Source: an uncultured Lentimicrobiaceae bacterium (GTDB lineage Bacteria > Bacteroidota > Bacteroidia > Bacteroidales > F082). From it: a stretch of 64,000 nt of DNA. The translations under genes and the position numbers were made by a program. The stretch covers positions 100,155 to 164,154 of the forward strand of contig CAYXCZ010000002.1 in NCBI GenBank assembly GCA_964463695.1, read 5' to 3'. Each line of letters begins with the position of its first letter. Positions within the stretch are counted from its first letter, which is position 1. Below, in pieces: positions 45,928 through 59,023 of this stretch. Under the pieces are notes generated by a model. The model saw only the letters and a program-made list of their open reading frames with translations, did no database searches and had not been told where the DNA came from.

Positions 45928-48900
45928 ATGAATACTATGAGCAGATACAAGGAATACAAGCATTTAAACCTGACACAAACAGGCGAGGATGTAAGAAGGT
46001 TTTGGGAAGAGAATGATATTTTTCAAAAAAGCCTGGACACAAGAGCAAATGGAGAGGCATTTGTGTTTTATGAAGGGCCACCTTCGGCGAATGGCGTGCC
46101 TGGTATTCATCACGTGATGGCACGCGCCATCAAAGATATTTTTTGCCGCTATCAAACCTTAAATGGTAAATATGTTCAACGTAAAGCCGGATGGGATACT
46201 CATGGCTTACCCGTTGAGATGAGCGTCGAAAAAACACTAGGGATTACAAAAGAAGATATTGGAAAGAGAATCAGCGTTGAAGCCTACAATCAGGCTTGCC
46301 GAAAAGAGGTGATGAAGTATAAAGATCTTTGGGATGAACTTACCCGGAAAATGGGATATTGGGTTGATCTTGAACATCCTTATATCACTTTCGATAATAA
46401 ATACATTGAAACAGTCTGGTATCTTTTATCAAAAATCTATGAGAAAGGGCTGTTGTATAAGGGCTACACTATTCAGCCCTATTCACCTGCCGCCGGAACG
46501 GGATTAAGTACGCACGAACTCAACCAACCGGGTTGTTACCGCGATGTGAAAGACACCTCGGCAACTGCACAGTTTGAGATTTTTACAGGTGAGGAAACCG
46601 GATTCTTATTGGCCGACAAAAAAATTCCGGTTCATATACTTGCCTGGACAACAACTCCCTGGACATTGCCATCAAACACCGCTCTTGCTGTTGGCGCTAA
46701 TATCGATTATGTGCTGGTCAGAACTTTTAACCCTTACACCGCTCTTCCTGTTCAGGTTATATTAGCTAAGGAGCTCATCTCTGCTTATTTTGATGAGAGC
46801 ATGCTCGATGCCGGGTTGGATTCGTATACTGCCGGCGACAAAAAAATTCCTTATTCCATCATTTCTGAGTTCAAAGGAAGAAAACTGACGGGCATCCGCT
46901 ATCATCAATTAATATCCTGGATCAAGCCCATGGGTGATGCATTCAGAGTTGTTGAAGGCGATTTTGTAACAACAAGTGACGGAACCGGGATAGTACATAT
47001 TGCACCAACTTTTGGTGCTGACGACGATAGAGTAGCTAAAATAAATGGGATATCTCCGCTGTTACTTATCGATAACGAAGGAAGTAGCCGGCCAATGGTC
47101 GACCTCAGGGGAAGATTTTATGCAGTTGAAGATCTGGATGTTGAATTTGTAAATACGTATGTCAACCAACAATCATATTCGGAATTTGCAGGTCGTTTTG
47201 TAAAAAATGACTACGACGAATCACTTGGTTCCGACTCACCGTCATTGGATGTTGACATCTCGGTGATGCTGAAAAAAGATAACAAAGCCTTCAGGATCGA
47301 AAAGTTTGTCCACAGCTATCCACATTGCTGGAGAACAGATAAACCTGTTCTTTATTACCCGCTTGATAGCTGGTTTATTCGCACCACAGCTGTCAAAGAC
47401 CGTATGATAGAGTTGAACAAAACAATCAACTGGAAACCCAAAGCCACCGGAGAAGGCCGTTTTGGAAACTGGCTTGAGAATTTAGTCGACTGGAACCTTT
47501 CCCGTTCACGTTTTTGGGGAGTGCCTTTGCCAATATGGACAACAGAAGACAAAAGCGAACAACGTATCTTTGGCTCGGTCGCCGATCTGAAAGAAGCCAT
47601 CTCAGCCTCAGTAAATGCCGGTCTGATGGATTCTAACCCGTTCGAAAGTTATGAAAACGGGTCAACAACGACCGAGAACTATCAGTCGTTCGATCTTCAC
47701 AGGCCATATGCCGATCGTATCGTATTGGTTTCATCAACAGGTAAACCCATGTATCGTGAACCTGATTTGATTGATGTTTGGTTCGATTCCGGTGCCATGC
47801 CTTATGCTCAGATGCATTATCCATTCGAAAACAACACCGATTTTCAAGGCAATTTCCCAGCTGATTTTATAGCTGAAGGTGTTGACCAAACCCGTGGTTG
47901 GTTTTTTACCCTGCATGCAATCGCAGTGATGCTTTTCGATTCGGTGGCTTTTAAGGCAGTGCTTTCAAATGGACTGGTATTGGATAAAAGCGGAAACAAA
48001 ATGTCGAAACGCCTTGGCAATGCTGTTGATCCGTTTGAAACAATTGAAAAATTTGGTCCTGATGCTACCCGCTGGTATATGATTACCAACGCGCAACCAT
48101 GGGATAACCTTAAATTTGATTTGAACGGACTTGATGAAGTGCGTCGCAAGTTTTTCGGAACGTTGTATAACACCTATGCCTTCTTTGCCTTGTATGCCAA
48201 TATTGACAATTTTACTTATCAGGAAGCTGATATCGCGCATGAAGAACGTCCGGAAATTGACCGGTGGGTAATATCCGAACTCAATTCATTAATCACTATT
48301 GTAGACGAAGCTTACAAAAATTATGAGCCAACTCGTGCAGGACGTGCAATCCAGGAATTTGTCGACGAACACCTTAGTAACTGGTATGTGAGATTATCTC
48401 GCCGCAGATTTTGGAAAGGCCAGTACACTTCTGATAAGATTTCAGCCTATCAGACCTTGTACAACTGCCTCACAACCATTGCCCAGCTGGCATCACCGAT
48501 TGCGCCTTTTTTCAGCGAGCAGTTATACCGCGACCTGAATCTTGTTACCGGTAAACAAACTTTCGAATCGGTTCACCTTTCGGTTTTTCCCCAAGCAAAC
48601 GCCGGCCTTGTTGACCGTAATCTGGAAGAACGGATGGAAATGGCTCAAAAGTTTTCTTCCATGATTTTGTCACTGCGCAAAAAAGCGAATATAAGGGTGC
48701 GTCAACCATTGAAGTCAATCATGATTCCTGTTGCCGATCAACATATGAAAGTTCAGCTTCAGGAAGTTGAGAACCTCATCTTATCCGAGGTCAATGTCAA
48801 AGAAGTGATGTATCTTACAGATGATAAAACTGTTCTCATAAAAAAGATAAAGCCAAATTTCAAAACATTGGGTCCCCGATACGGGAAACTCATGAAGGAA

Positions 48901-49368
48901 ATAGCACTGTTGCTTACCGGATTTGCACAATATGACATCCGTCAACTGGAGTTGAATGGAACATCTCAGTTGGAAATGAACGGACAAAAAATTGAGCTCA
49001 CGTTGGAAGATGTTGAAATTACTACAGAAGATATACCAGGCTGGGCAGTGGCAGCTCAGGACAAACTTACCGTTGCACTTGATTTGACCCTCACGGAGGA
49101 ACTTATGAAAGAAGGTTTGGTGAGGGAACTTGTGAACAGGGTGCAGAATATGCGCAAAGACTCCGGCCTCGAGGTGACCGATCACATCCTGCTCGAAGTT
49201 GATGCTGATGAGATAGTGAAGGATGCGATACGCTTGTTTGAAAGTTACATCACTTCAGAAACATTAGGAGAACTCAAAATTGTGACAAATTTATCGGATT
49301 CAGATGTTACTGAAAATGAACTTGTTGAAAATGTAAGCGCAAAAATCCGGATATCAAAAGTTAAATAA
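45928..49368 (+). CDS. ileS: Isoleucine--tRNA ligase (long, type 2 form)
   Basis: It has a class I HIGH-region (PPSANGVPGIHHV), the KMSKR motif (GNKMSKRLGN) and an editing CP1 insertion. It is 1146 aa long. Confidence 0.97.
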   Translation: MNTMSRYKEYKHLNLTQTGEDVRRFWEENDIFQKSLDTRANGEAFVFYEGPPSANGVPGIHHVMARAIKDIFCRYQTLNGKYVQRKAGWDTHGLPVEMSVEKTLGITKEDIGKRISVEAYNQACRKEVMKYKDLWDELTRKMGYWVDLEHPYITFDNKYIETVWYLLSKIYEKGLLYKGYTIQPYSPAAGTGLSTHELNQPGCYRDVKDTSATAQFEIFTGEETGFLLADKKIPVHILAWTTTPWTLPSNTALAVGANIDYVLVRTFNPYTALPVQVILAKELISAYFDESMLDAGLDSYTAGDKKIPYSIISEFKGRKLTGIRYHQLISWIKPMGDAFRVVEGDFVTTSDGTGIVHIAPTFGADDDRVAKINGISPLLLIDNEGSSRPMVDLRGRFYAVEDLDVEFVNTYVNQQSYSEFAGRFVKNDYDESLGSDSPSLDVDISVMLKKDNKAFRIEKFVHSYPHCWRTDKPVLYYPLDSWFIRTTAVKDRMIELNKTINWKPKATGEGRFGNWLENLVDWNLSRSRFWGVPLPIWTTEDKSEQRIFGSVADLKEAISASVNAGLMDSNPFESYENGSTTTENYQSFDLHRPYADRIVLVSSTGKPMYREPDLIDVWFDSGAMPYAQMHYPFENNTDFQGNFPADFIAEGVDQTRGWFFTLHAIAVMLFDSVAFKAVLSNGLVLDKSGNKMSKRLGNAVDPFETIEKFGPDATRWYMITNAQPWDNLKFDLNGLDEVRRKFFGTLYNTYAFFALYANIDNFTYQEADIAHEERPEIDRWVISELNSLITIVDEAYKNYEPTRAGRAIQEFVDEHLSNWYVRLSRRRFWKGQYTSDKISAYQTLYNCLTTIAQLASPIAPFFSEQLYRDLNLVTGKQTFESVHLSVFPQANAGLVDRNLEERMEMAQKFSSMILSLRKKANIRVRQPLKSIMIPVADQHMKVQLQEVENLILSEVNVKEVMYLTDDKTVLIKKIKPNFKTLGPRYGKLMKEIALLLTGFAQYDIRQLELNGTSQLEMNGQKIELTLEDVEITTEDIPGWAVAAQDKLTVALDLTLTEELMKEGLVRELVNRVQNMRKDSGLEVTDHILLEVDADEIVKDAIRLFESYITSETLGELKIVTNLSDSDVTENELVENVSAKIRISKVK

Positions 49369-49471
49369 TCTTGTAATTTCAATCAAAACAAGTGCCCGTT
49401 CAATAAAAATGCACTAAATTTATACCGGATTCATGCAATGAATCATTGAAAGAAACATAATAACAGAGGCC

Positions 49472-49891
49472 ATGAAAGACACGGAAAAAAACCAGGAAAC
49501 CGAAACAAAAAAAACGCGGTTTTCAGACGACGAGCTGGAAGAATTCAGACAGATCATTATCAATAAAGTGGATAAAGCCCGATCCGATTTGAAATTACTT
49601 TCCGAAGCCTTATCCAATGAAGATGAGAATGGGACCAATGATACATCTCCAACCTTTAAGGTGCTGGAAGAAGGATATCAGGTTTTGTCGAAAGAAGAAA
49701 ATGGAAGGCTCGCTGCAAGACAACAAAAGTTTATTAATAACCTCGAAAATGCACTTATTCGCATCGAGAATAAAACGTATGGGATTTGCAGAGCAACAGG
49801 CAAACTTATTGCAAAGGAAAGATTACGTATCGTTCCTCACGCAACCCTAAGCATCGAAGCAAAGCTACAACAAGGTAGTAATGCTCAATGA
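49472..49891 (+). CDS. TraR/DksA-family protein that keeps only one of the four zinc-finger cysteines
   Basis: It has a coiled-coil N-terminal region and a C-terminal YGICRATGKLIAKERLRIVPHATLSIEAK. This aligns to the C4 finger of DksA but retains only the first Cys. It lies between ileS and lspA. Confidence 0.8.
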   Translation: MKDTEKNQETETKKTRFSDDELEEFRQIIINKVDKARSDLKLLSEALSNEDENGTNDTSPTFKVLEEGYQVLSKEENGRLAARQQKFINNLENALIRIENKTYGICRATGKLIAKERLRIVPHATLSIEAKLQQGSNAQ

Positions 49892-49920
49892 TTCAATACT
49901 TTATAAATTAGAGAATTGTT

Positions 49921-49965
49921 TTCAACCCTGACCTCTTTTAAACAGATCAGGGTTGAAGTATTTTT
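49921..49965 (+). terminator. Possible attenuating or terminating hairpin between dksA-like and lspA
   Basis: An 11-bp stem (ttcaaccctga / tcagggttgaa) has a 15-nt loop and is followed by gtattttt. Confidence 0.4.
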
Positions 49966-49984
49966 AACAAGCAATTAACACAAC

Positions 49985-50602
49985 GTGAAACGACCCTTTT
50001 TCCTTATTGCGATCGTTCTTTTGCTGGATCAGCTCCTGAAGGTTTATATCAAATTAACGATGACCATCGGCCAGGAATTCCCTATGATAGGGGATTGGGC
50101 TATCATTCATTTTACCGAAAATAACGGGATGGCTTTTGGATTCCAGTTTGCAGGAGAATGGGGCAAACTTGCTTTAAGCATCTTTCGCATTCTTGCCGTT
50201 ATTGCCATAAGTATTTATTTGTATTTGCTTACACGAAAAAAGGTACCTTTCGGTCCTGTTTTTGGTATTTCGATGGTTTTGGCCGGAGCTTTGGGCAATA
50301 TTATCGACAGCGCTTTTTATGGCATACTTTTCAGTAACAGCAGCTACCATACCGTAGCTTCCTTTTTGCCTGAAGCCGGTGGATATGCCAGTTTCCTGCA
50401 TGGAAAAGTAGTTGACATGTTTTACTTTCCGCTTTTGATGCTTCAACAAAGCGAAGCCCCGGCATGGATTCCCGATTTTATATTCGGAAGTGACGGATAT
50501 TTCATCTTTTTTCGCCCTGTGTTTAATATAGCTGATGCAGCAATTTCAACAGGTGTGATCTGGTTGTTGCTTTTTGAGCGTCGATTTTTAAGTGGATTGT
50601 AG
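49985..50602 (+). CDS. lspA: Lipoprotein signal peptidase (signal peptidase II)
   Basis: It has the motifs NNGMAFG and FNIADAAISTG and four TM helices. The start is GTG. Confidence 0.9.
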   Translation: MKRPFFLIAIVLLLDQLLKVYIKLTMTIGQEFPMIGDWAIIHFTENNGMAFGFQFAGEWGKLALSIFRILAVIAISIYLYLLTRKKVPFGPVFGISMVLAGALGNIIDSAFYGILFSNSSYHTVASFLPEAGGYASFLHGKVVDMFYFPLLMLQQSEAPAWIPDFIFGSDGYFIFFRPVFNIADAAISTGVIWLLLFERRFLSGL

Positions 50603-50663
50603 TATTTCCAATAAAAACCAACAATTTTTTGTATTTCCTTGTTGGCAAAACCATTCAAAATCT

Positions 50664-50671
50664 TACCTTTG
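50664..50671 (+). promoter_or_regulatory. -7 box (TAccTTTG) upstream of atpDC
   Basis: tacctttg lies 37 nt upstream of the ATG at 50708. Confidence 0.45.
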
Positions 50672-50692
50672 TGGCTTCATTCAATGTATTAA

Positions 50693-52219
<1,527 letters not shown>

Positions 52220-52236
52220 TTTCTAATACCACTCAG

Positions 52237-52473
52237 ATGAACCTTGAAATTATCACCCCCGACAAGACCATTTTTACCGGTGAAGTACAATTGGTACAGT
52301 TACCCGGTGTAGATGGCCTGTTCGAAATTCTCAACAACCACGCACCTATGATTGCTGCCTTGGGTAAAGGTCGGATTAAAACGATGGATAATGACAAGAA
52401 GCTGCAGTATTTTGAGATAACCGGAGGAATGCTCGAAGTTTTTCATAACAAAGTACTTGTACTGGCTGAGTAG
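52237..52473 (+). CDS. atpC: F1 ATP synthase subunit epsilon (short form)
   Basis: It lies immediately downstream of atpD. It consists of the N-terminal beta-sandwich domain only (78 aa). Confidence 0.85.
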   Translation: MNLEIITPDKTIFTGEVQLVQLPGVDGLFEILNNHAPMIAALGKGRIKTMDNDKKLQYFEITGGMLEVFHNKVLVLAE

Positions 52474-52491
52474 TAATGCTTTCAACATATA

Positions 52492-52527
52492 AAAAAGCCC
52501 GCTTCCTTGATTGGTAGCGGGCTTTTT
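52492..52527. terminator. Bidirectional rho-independent terminator between atpC and the ferritin gene
   Basis: The sequence aaaaagcccgc ... gcgggcttttt has a GC-rich stem flanked by an A-run and a T-run. Confidence 0.75.
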
Positions 52528-52548
52528 CGTTGTGTTATGTCAGAAATC

Positions 52549-53067
52549 TTATGCTGTTGCTGAAGGGGCTGGCGCGGCAGCTGCCATAGAGGCTAATTCC
52601 TTGTCGAGATGGAACATTCCACCTTTTTCGGTACCAACAAGGTTTATTTTATCCAAAATGGTAGCCATTGTGCTTTCTTCTTCAATCTGCTCGTTGATGT
52701 ACCACTGAAGGAAATTACCAGTTGTGTAATCTTTTTCGTTTAAGGTCACTTCGTATAAATCGTTGATTGAAGCGGTGATATACTGCTCGTGTTCCATTAC
52801 CTGTTTGAAAACATGGCTAAGGTTGTCGAAATGTGACTCTGGGCTTGTAAGCGCCATCAAAGCGGCTTTTCCGCCCCTGTCATTCACGTAGTGAACAAAT
52901 TTTAGCTGATGCATCCTTTCCTCATCGGCCTGACGATACAAAAAAGCTGCTGCTCCCGGGTAGCCATTGGACTCACACCATATGGCCATTGACAAATAAA
53001 GTCGCGAAGAGAATTCTTCACGTTTGATTTGTTCGTTAATTGCTGATTCTACTGTTTTTTTAATCAT
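52549..53067 (-). CDS. ftnA: Ferritin (non-heme, Ftn type)
   Basis: It has ferroxidase-centre residues in ...SRLYLSMA..., ...ADEERMHQLKF... and ...EHEQYIT... It is 172 aa long. Confidence 0.9.
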   Translation of the reverse strand: MIKKTVESAINEQIKREEFSSRLYLSMAIWCESNGYPGAAAFLYRQADEERMHQLKFVHYVNDRGGKAALMALTSPESHFDNLSHVFKQVMEHEQYITASINDLYEVTLNEKDYTTGNFLQWYINEQIEEESTMATILDKINLVGTEKGGMFHLDKELASMAAAAPAPSATA

Positions 53068-53133
53068 GGTATTAGTCTTTAATTCGTTAAGGTTAAAACA
53101 TAAATAACCCTAAAAAGTTCATCGTTATGTGGT

Positions 53134-54015
53134 TTAACCCAGCGCATCTGCACCACCTACAATCTCCAGAATCTCTTTTGTAATGGCGGCCTGGCGGGCT
53201 TTATTGTAACTCAGTTTGAGTTCTTTCAACATTTCCGAAGCGTTATCAGTGGCTTTATGCATGGCAATCATTCGCGCACCATGCTCAGCGGCAAAGCTGT
53301 CGAGCAGCATTTTATATACCTGCATCTTTAGGATACGTGGTATCAGCACTTCGATAATGGTCTGTTTGTCAGGCTCAAAAATGTATTCTACATCAGGTTG
53401 ACGGAAATCATCCTCTTGTTGAGGTAGTTCTATCGGAAGAAATTGTTCCTCCGAAAGTACCTGATTTCCGGCATTGCGAAACTGGTTATAAACAAAAATG
53501 ATTTTGTCGAATTTTTCTTCTTCAAACAGTTTCATCAGCTTTTCAGCTATAGGCGTTACTGTTGAAAAATTCAGCTGATCAAAAACATGGATATCTGATC
53601 CGATAAGGTTGTATTTCCTGTTTCTGAAAAACTCCTCGCCTTTTTTACCGATACAAAACATCGATACCTTTCCTGCGGCATGCTGTGTGGCGAAGGTTTC
53701 GCTGATCAGCCGGGCTGTGTAGCGAATGACATTGGTATTAAAAGCTCCGCACAATCCCCTGTTCGAGGTAACAGGTATAATCAGAATATTTTCTACCGGC
53801 CGAATGGCAGTGTATTTATCCTGATTGGTATTGGCCAGACTAGCTGACAGGTTTTGCATCAGTTCGCGCAATTTAGCAGCATAAGGGCGCATAGTGGTAA
53901 TCGCATTCTGAGCTTTTCTAAGCTTTGATGCGGCTACCATTTTCATGGCGCTGGTGATCTGCCGGGTTGAATTGACTGACTCAATCCTTGTTCTGACTTC
54001 TTTTAAATTTGGCAT
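53134..54015 (-). CDS. atpG: F1 ATP synthase subunit gamma
   Basis: It starts MPNLKEVRTRIESVNSTRQITSAMKMVAASKLRKAQ and ends ITKEILEIVGGADAL. Confidence 0.95.
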   Translation of the reverse strand: MPNLKEVRTRIESVNSTRQITSAMKMVAASKLRKAQNAITTMRPYAAKLRELMQNLSASLANTNQDKYTAIRPVENILIIPVTSNRGLCGAFNTNVIRYTARLISETFATQHAAGKVSMFCIGKKGEEFFRNRKYNLIGSDIHVFDQLNFSTVTPIAEKLMKLFEEEKFDKIIFVYNQFRNAGNQVLSEEQFLPIELPQQEDDFRQPDVEYIFEPDKQTIIEVLIPRILKMQVYKMLLDSFAAEHGARMIAMHKATDNASEMLKELKLSYNKARQAAITKEILEIVGGADALG

Positions 54016-54040
54016 GTTGTGAATACTATTGTGCTAAGCA

Positions 54041-55624
<1,584 letters not shown>

Positions 55625-55641
55625 AATGTATCTTGTTGTCG

Positions 55642-56199
55642 TTAGAAACGTTTAATATACAAATTTTTATCAAACTCTTTATGTAAGTTGCTGATGATCT
55701 TGCTTATAGTTGCATCAAGCAGGTAGTCATCAATTTTAAGTTTAAAGCCCCCAATAATTTCGGGATCAGTAGTTTCTTTAAATTGCAGGGTGCTGTCAGT
55801 GTTTTTAGCTACTATTTCAGTGATTTTTGCCCGCAGGGAAGCATCAGAGGGGTAAGCAGTGACTAATTCAACGACAGCGATATTGTTAAAATCAAGGTAA
55901 AGCTTGTTGTATTGAATGGCAATCTCGGCAAGTTGCTGTTCTCGGCCTTTTCTGATAAGTATTTCGATAAATTTAAGGCTCAAAGTACTGAGGAAATTAC
56001 CAAAGAGACTTTTCATCAACGAATTTTTCTTTGAAGCTGTAATCAGTGGATTGGTCATCACCCTGCGGAGCTCACGGTTTTCAGCCATTACATCAGCTAC
56101 CAGTAACATGTCAGAATGAACACGCGGAGTGACTTTTTCCTGAAGAGCCAATTCAAACAGCGCTTTGGCATAACGTTTTGCTAGTAATATCTGCTTCAT
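55642..56199 (-). CDS. atpH: F1 ATP synthase subunit delta (OSCP)
   Basis: It lies between atpF and atpA and has the OSCP-like start [12 protein letters not shown]. Confidence 0.9.
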   Translation of the reverse strand: MKQILLAKRYAKALFELALQEKVTPRVHSDMLLVADVMAENRELRRVMTNPLITASKKNSLMKSLFGNFLSTLSLKFIEILIRKGREQQLAEIAIQYNKLYLDFNNIAVVELVTAYPSDASLRAKITEIVAKNTDSTLQFKETTDPEIIGGFKLKIDDYLLDATISKIISNLHKEFDKNLYIKRF

Positions 56200-56223
56200 T
56201 TTTTAATGCAGGTTGATGCGTGT

Positions 56224-56718
56224 TTAGTTAAGCTGTTTGCTGTCAATAACTCTCTGAATGTATTGCTCGTGATCTTTTGGGGTTTGAAGTTTTTCCCTGA
56301 GTATTTTTTCAGCTATTTCAATAGAAATTTCAGCTATTTGATTTTTTATATCCATCAAGGCTGCTTTTCTTTCGTTTTCTATTTGAACTCTGGCACTTTC
56401 AACGATACGATCAGCTTCGACATTTGCTTTTAGCTTTGCGTCTTCGATCAGTTTCTCTCTGATTTTTCGCGCCTCATTCATTATGGCTTCACGTTCTTCT
56501 TTGGCTTCTTTAAGCAACACTTCATTGTCCAGCTTCAACTTTTTCATTTCTTCATGGGTCACATCAGCCAGATGTAAAGCCTCTTCAATGTGTTGTTCCC
56601 TGTCCTTGAGTGATTGTAAAATGGAAGGCCAGGCAAATTTTTTCAAGATGAATAAAACGGCAGAAAACACCACTATCATCCAGAAAATAAGACCTAGTCC
56701 GGGGTTTACTAATTCCAT
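56224..56718 (-). CDS. atpF: F0 ATP synthase subunit b
   Basis: It has a single N-terminal TM helix and a long charged helix. Its operon position fits. Confidence 0.9.
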   Translation of the reverse strand: MELVNPGLGLIFWMIVVFSAVLFILKKFAWPSILQSLKDREQHIEEALHLADVTHEEMKKLKLDNEVLLKEAKEEREAIMNEARKIREKLIEDAKLKANVEADRIVESARVQIENERKAALMDIKNQIAEISIEIAEKILREKLQTPKDHEQYIQRVIDSKQLN

Positions 56719-56810
56719 AACAGTCAGGTTATTATTTGGTAATCTTAGTTAAAAATCGAGAAAAACCTGTGCTGCAACCAGTTAAGTTGAAGCACAGGTT
56801 GTGCTGTTGG

Positions 56811-57071
56811 TTAAATAAACACAATCAGCAAACAAACAACGATCGCAAAAAACGCAACGCCTTCGATAAGAGCTGCAGAAACGATCATGCTTGAACGAAT
56901 ATCACTAGTTGCTTCAGGCTGACGTGCAATGGATTCCAAAGCGGCACGACCGATTTGGCTGATACCCATGCTGGCTCCGATAACTGAAATGCTGGCGCCT
57001 AAACCGGCAGCCATTTTAGCGAGTGGTGTCAGGTCTGTTGCAGCTTGCAACAAAATGGCTAATAATTCCAT
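56811..57071 (-). CDS. atpE: F0 ATP synthase subunit c
   Basis: It is a two-helix hairpin with a glycine-rich helix 1 and a carboxylate in helix 2 (ALIEGVAFF). Confidence 0.9.
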   Translation of the reverse strand: MELLAILLQAATDLTPLAKMAAGLGASISVIGASMGISQIGRAALESIARQPEATSDIRSSMIVSAALIEGVAFFAIVVCLLIVFI

Positions 57072-57144
57072 GATTTTAAGGTATTTGGGTTGATAATTCG
57101 AATTATTTTTTCTTTAAAATTATTTTTTCTTTGATCTCTAAGGT

Positions 57145-58260
57145 CTATGAATGGTGCGTTTCATGTTCTTCATGGTGGTGCTCTTCAACAGCCATCCCAA
57201 GGAATATGGATGATAACAAGGTGAAAACATAGGCCTGAATAAATGCCACAAGCAACTCGAGAAAATACAGGAAGACTGACATCGTGATAGAAAGTACCGA
57301 CATTCCGTAACCGGCTGTTAAACTGGTCTTGCCAAAAACAAAAATCAAACTGATAAATCCAAGAATAATGATATGCCCCGCAGTGATATTGGCAAACAAA
57401 CGAATCATCAAAACGAAAGGCTTTGTCACTACTCCTACCAATTCGATGATTGGCATCAAAGGCAATGGAAGTTTAAGCCACCAAGGCACGCCGGGAGTAT
57501 TGAAAATATGTGCCCAATAGTTTTTATTTCCTGAAATAAGGATCATACCAAATGTAAATAATGATAACACACCTGTTACAGCGATGTTTCCGGTAATGTT
57601 TGCCCCAAAAGGAAAAACAGGGATTAACCCCAGCAGGTTATTAAAAAAGATGAAAAAGAAAATAGTTAGGAGATATGGAGTAAAACGCTCATAGTTTTTC
57701 TTTCCAATTGTTGCAAGAGCAATTTCATCGCGTACAAAAAGGATGGCCACTTCGGCTATAGATTGAAATCCTTTTGGAGCATGTTTTTTTGTTTTCCGGT
57801 AGGATTTGGCAACACTGAGAAAAATTACAATCAGAAGGAAGGAAGAAACAAAAACTGCAAACACGTTTTTTGTGATTGAGAAGTCATAAGGTAATACCGC
57901 CGTTCCATCCGGTTCAAAGCGAACGATCTTACCTTTTTGAGCGCCTTCTTTTGCTATTTCATATCCAAGATAAGCTTCTTTTCCATGCTTGAACTTGCTC
58001 GACATGAACACATGCCACTGATTTTTATCGTATAAAATAACTGGTAGTGGAACAGAAATATGTGTGTGTCCGATATTGGCAATATGCCACTCATAAGAAT
58101 CAACAATATGACTGATAATCATTTCTCCGGGCTTGAATGCCTCTGTCGGAGCTTCATGTTCATCATTCCCAGCCTCTGAAGCGAGGATATGCTGAGTACT
58201 TAAAAGGGAAAACAGCAATAAAAAACTGGTAGTAATGAATGCTATCTTTGTAAATCTCAT
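57145..58260 (-). CDS. atpB: F0 ATP synthase subunit a, with a long N-terminal extension and a His-rich C-terminal tail
   Basis: It has the conserved Arg-containing helix (RLFANITAGH). I set the start at the ATG (MRFTKIAF); the ORF-track start at 58305 is a TTG. The C-terminus reads EEHHHEEHETHHS. Confidence 0.9.
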   Translation of the reverse strand: MRFTKIAFITTSFLLLFSLLSTQHILASEAGNDEHEAPTEAFKPGEMIISHIVDSYEWHIANIGHTHISVPLPVILYDKNQWHVFMSSKFKHGKEAYLGYEIAKEGAQKGKIVRFEPDGTAVLPYDFSITKNVFAVFVSSFLLIVIFLSVAKSYRKTKKHAPKGFQSIAEVAILFVRDEIALATIGKKNYERFTPYLLTIFFFIFFNNLLGLIPVFPFGANITGNIAVTGVLSLFTFGMILISGNKNYWAHIFNTPGVPWWLKLPLPLMPIIELVGVVTKPFVLMIRLFANITAGHIIILGFISLIFVFGKTSLTAGYGMSVLSITMSVFLYFLELLVAFIQAYVFTLLSSIFLGMAVEEHHHEEHETHHS

Positions 58261-58510
58261 GATGGCCTGGGGTGTAGATCGTATTTTCTCTGAAATTGGC
58301 TGCAATTTTACGAAAGAATCCTCAATTAGGAAAGAAAATTCTGAAAAATTTGATTGATTTACTGTTTGTTTGATGCTTTGAAAGCCATCCTTCGGGCATT
58401 CTAATCAATAATGTTTCTAAATTATCGTTTTCGCATGGACAAGCCTTAAATTATTTTGTAATTTCATCTTTTAAAAAGAAGTTAGTTCCGTTACCAAAAA
58501 AAAATTGAAT

Positions 58511-59008
58511 ATGAAAAGCACTTCAGTAATTCTGATTTTCCTGCTTTTTGTCATAGCAGGATGCAATCGTTGCCCACAGCAAAATGATCTGACAGTAGAT
58601 GAAGAACAGATCGAAAACATGCTGGAGAAATATATGATTGCTGTTGAAAACGAAGATTATCTGAGTATTGAAAAAATGTGGGACACAGGCGACAGCACGA
58701 TGATGCTTGGTACCGACTCACATGAACGCCTTATGGGCTGGCAAAAAATTCAGCAAGCTTACCGCAAACAGTTTAGTTTAATCAGCGAAACATTTGTTTC
58801 TGTTCAGGATCAGTACATACGTGTGAATTGCACCGGTAATACTGCCTGGTTTTCGCAACGGATGAACTACAACTTCATCTATGATAGCATTGCTCACAGC
58901 TTCGAAGGGATTCGGTTTACGGGAGTGATCCTTAAAAACAAGGATAACGAATGGAAGATGGTTCAGGGGCACATATCTGTTCCTGCGCATGTAAACATTG
59001 GTAAGTAG
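58511..59008 (+). CDS. NTF2-like (SnoaL/DUF4440-type) lipoprotein
   Basis: It has the lipobox VIAGC. Its size and pattern fit the NTF2-like fold (MLEKYMIAVENEDY...W...; ...RFTGVILKNKDNEWKMVQGHIS). I set the start at the ATG at 58511. Confidence 0.55.
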   Translation: MKSTSVILIFLLFVIAGCNRCPQQNDLTVDEEQIENMLEKYMIAVENEDYLSIEKMWDTGDSTMMLGTDSHERLMGWQKIQQAYRKQFSLISETFVSVQDQYIRVNCTGNTAWFSQRMNYNFIYDSIAHSFEGIRFTGVILKNKDNEWKMVQGHISVPAHVNIGK

Positions 59009-59023
59009 CAGGATCACATGTGA

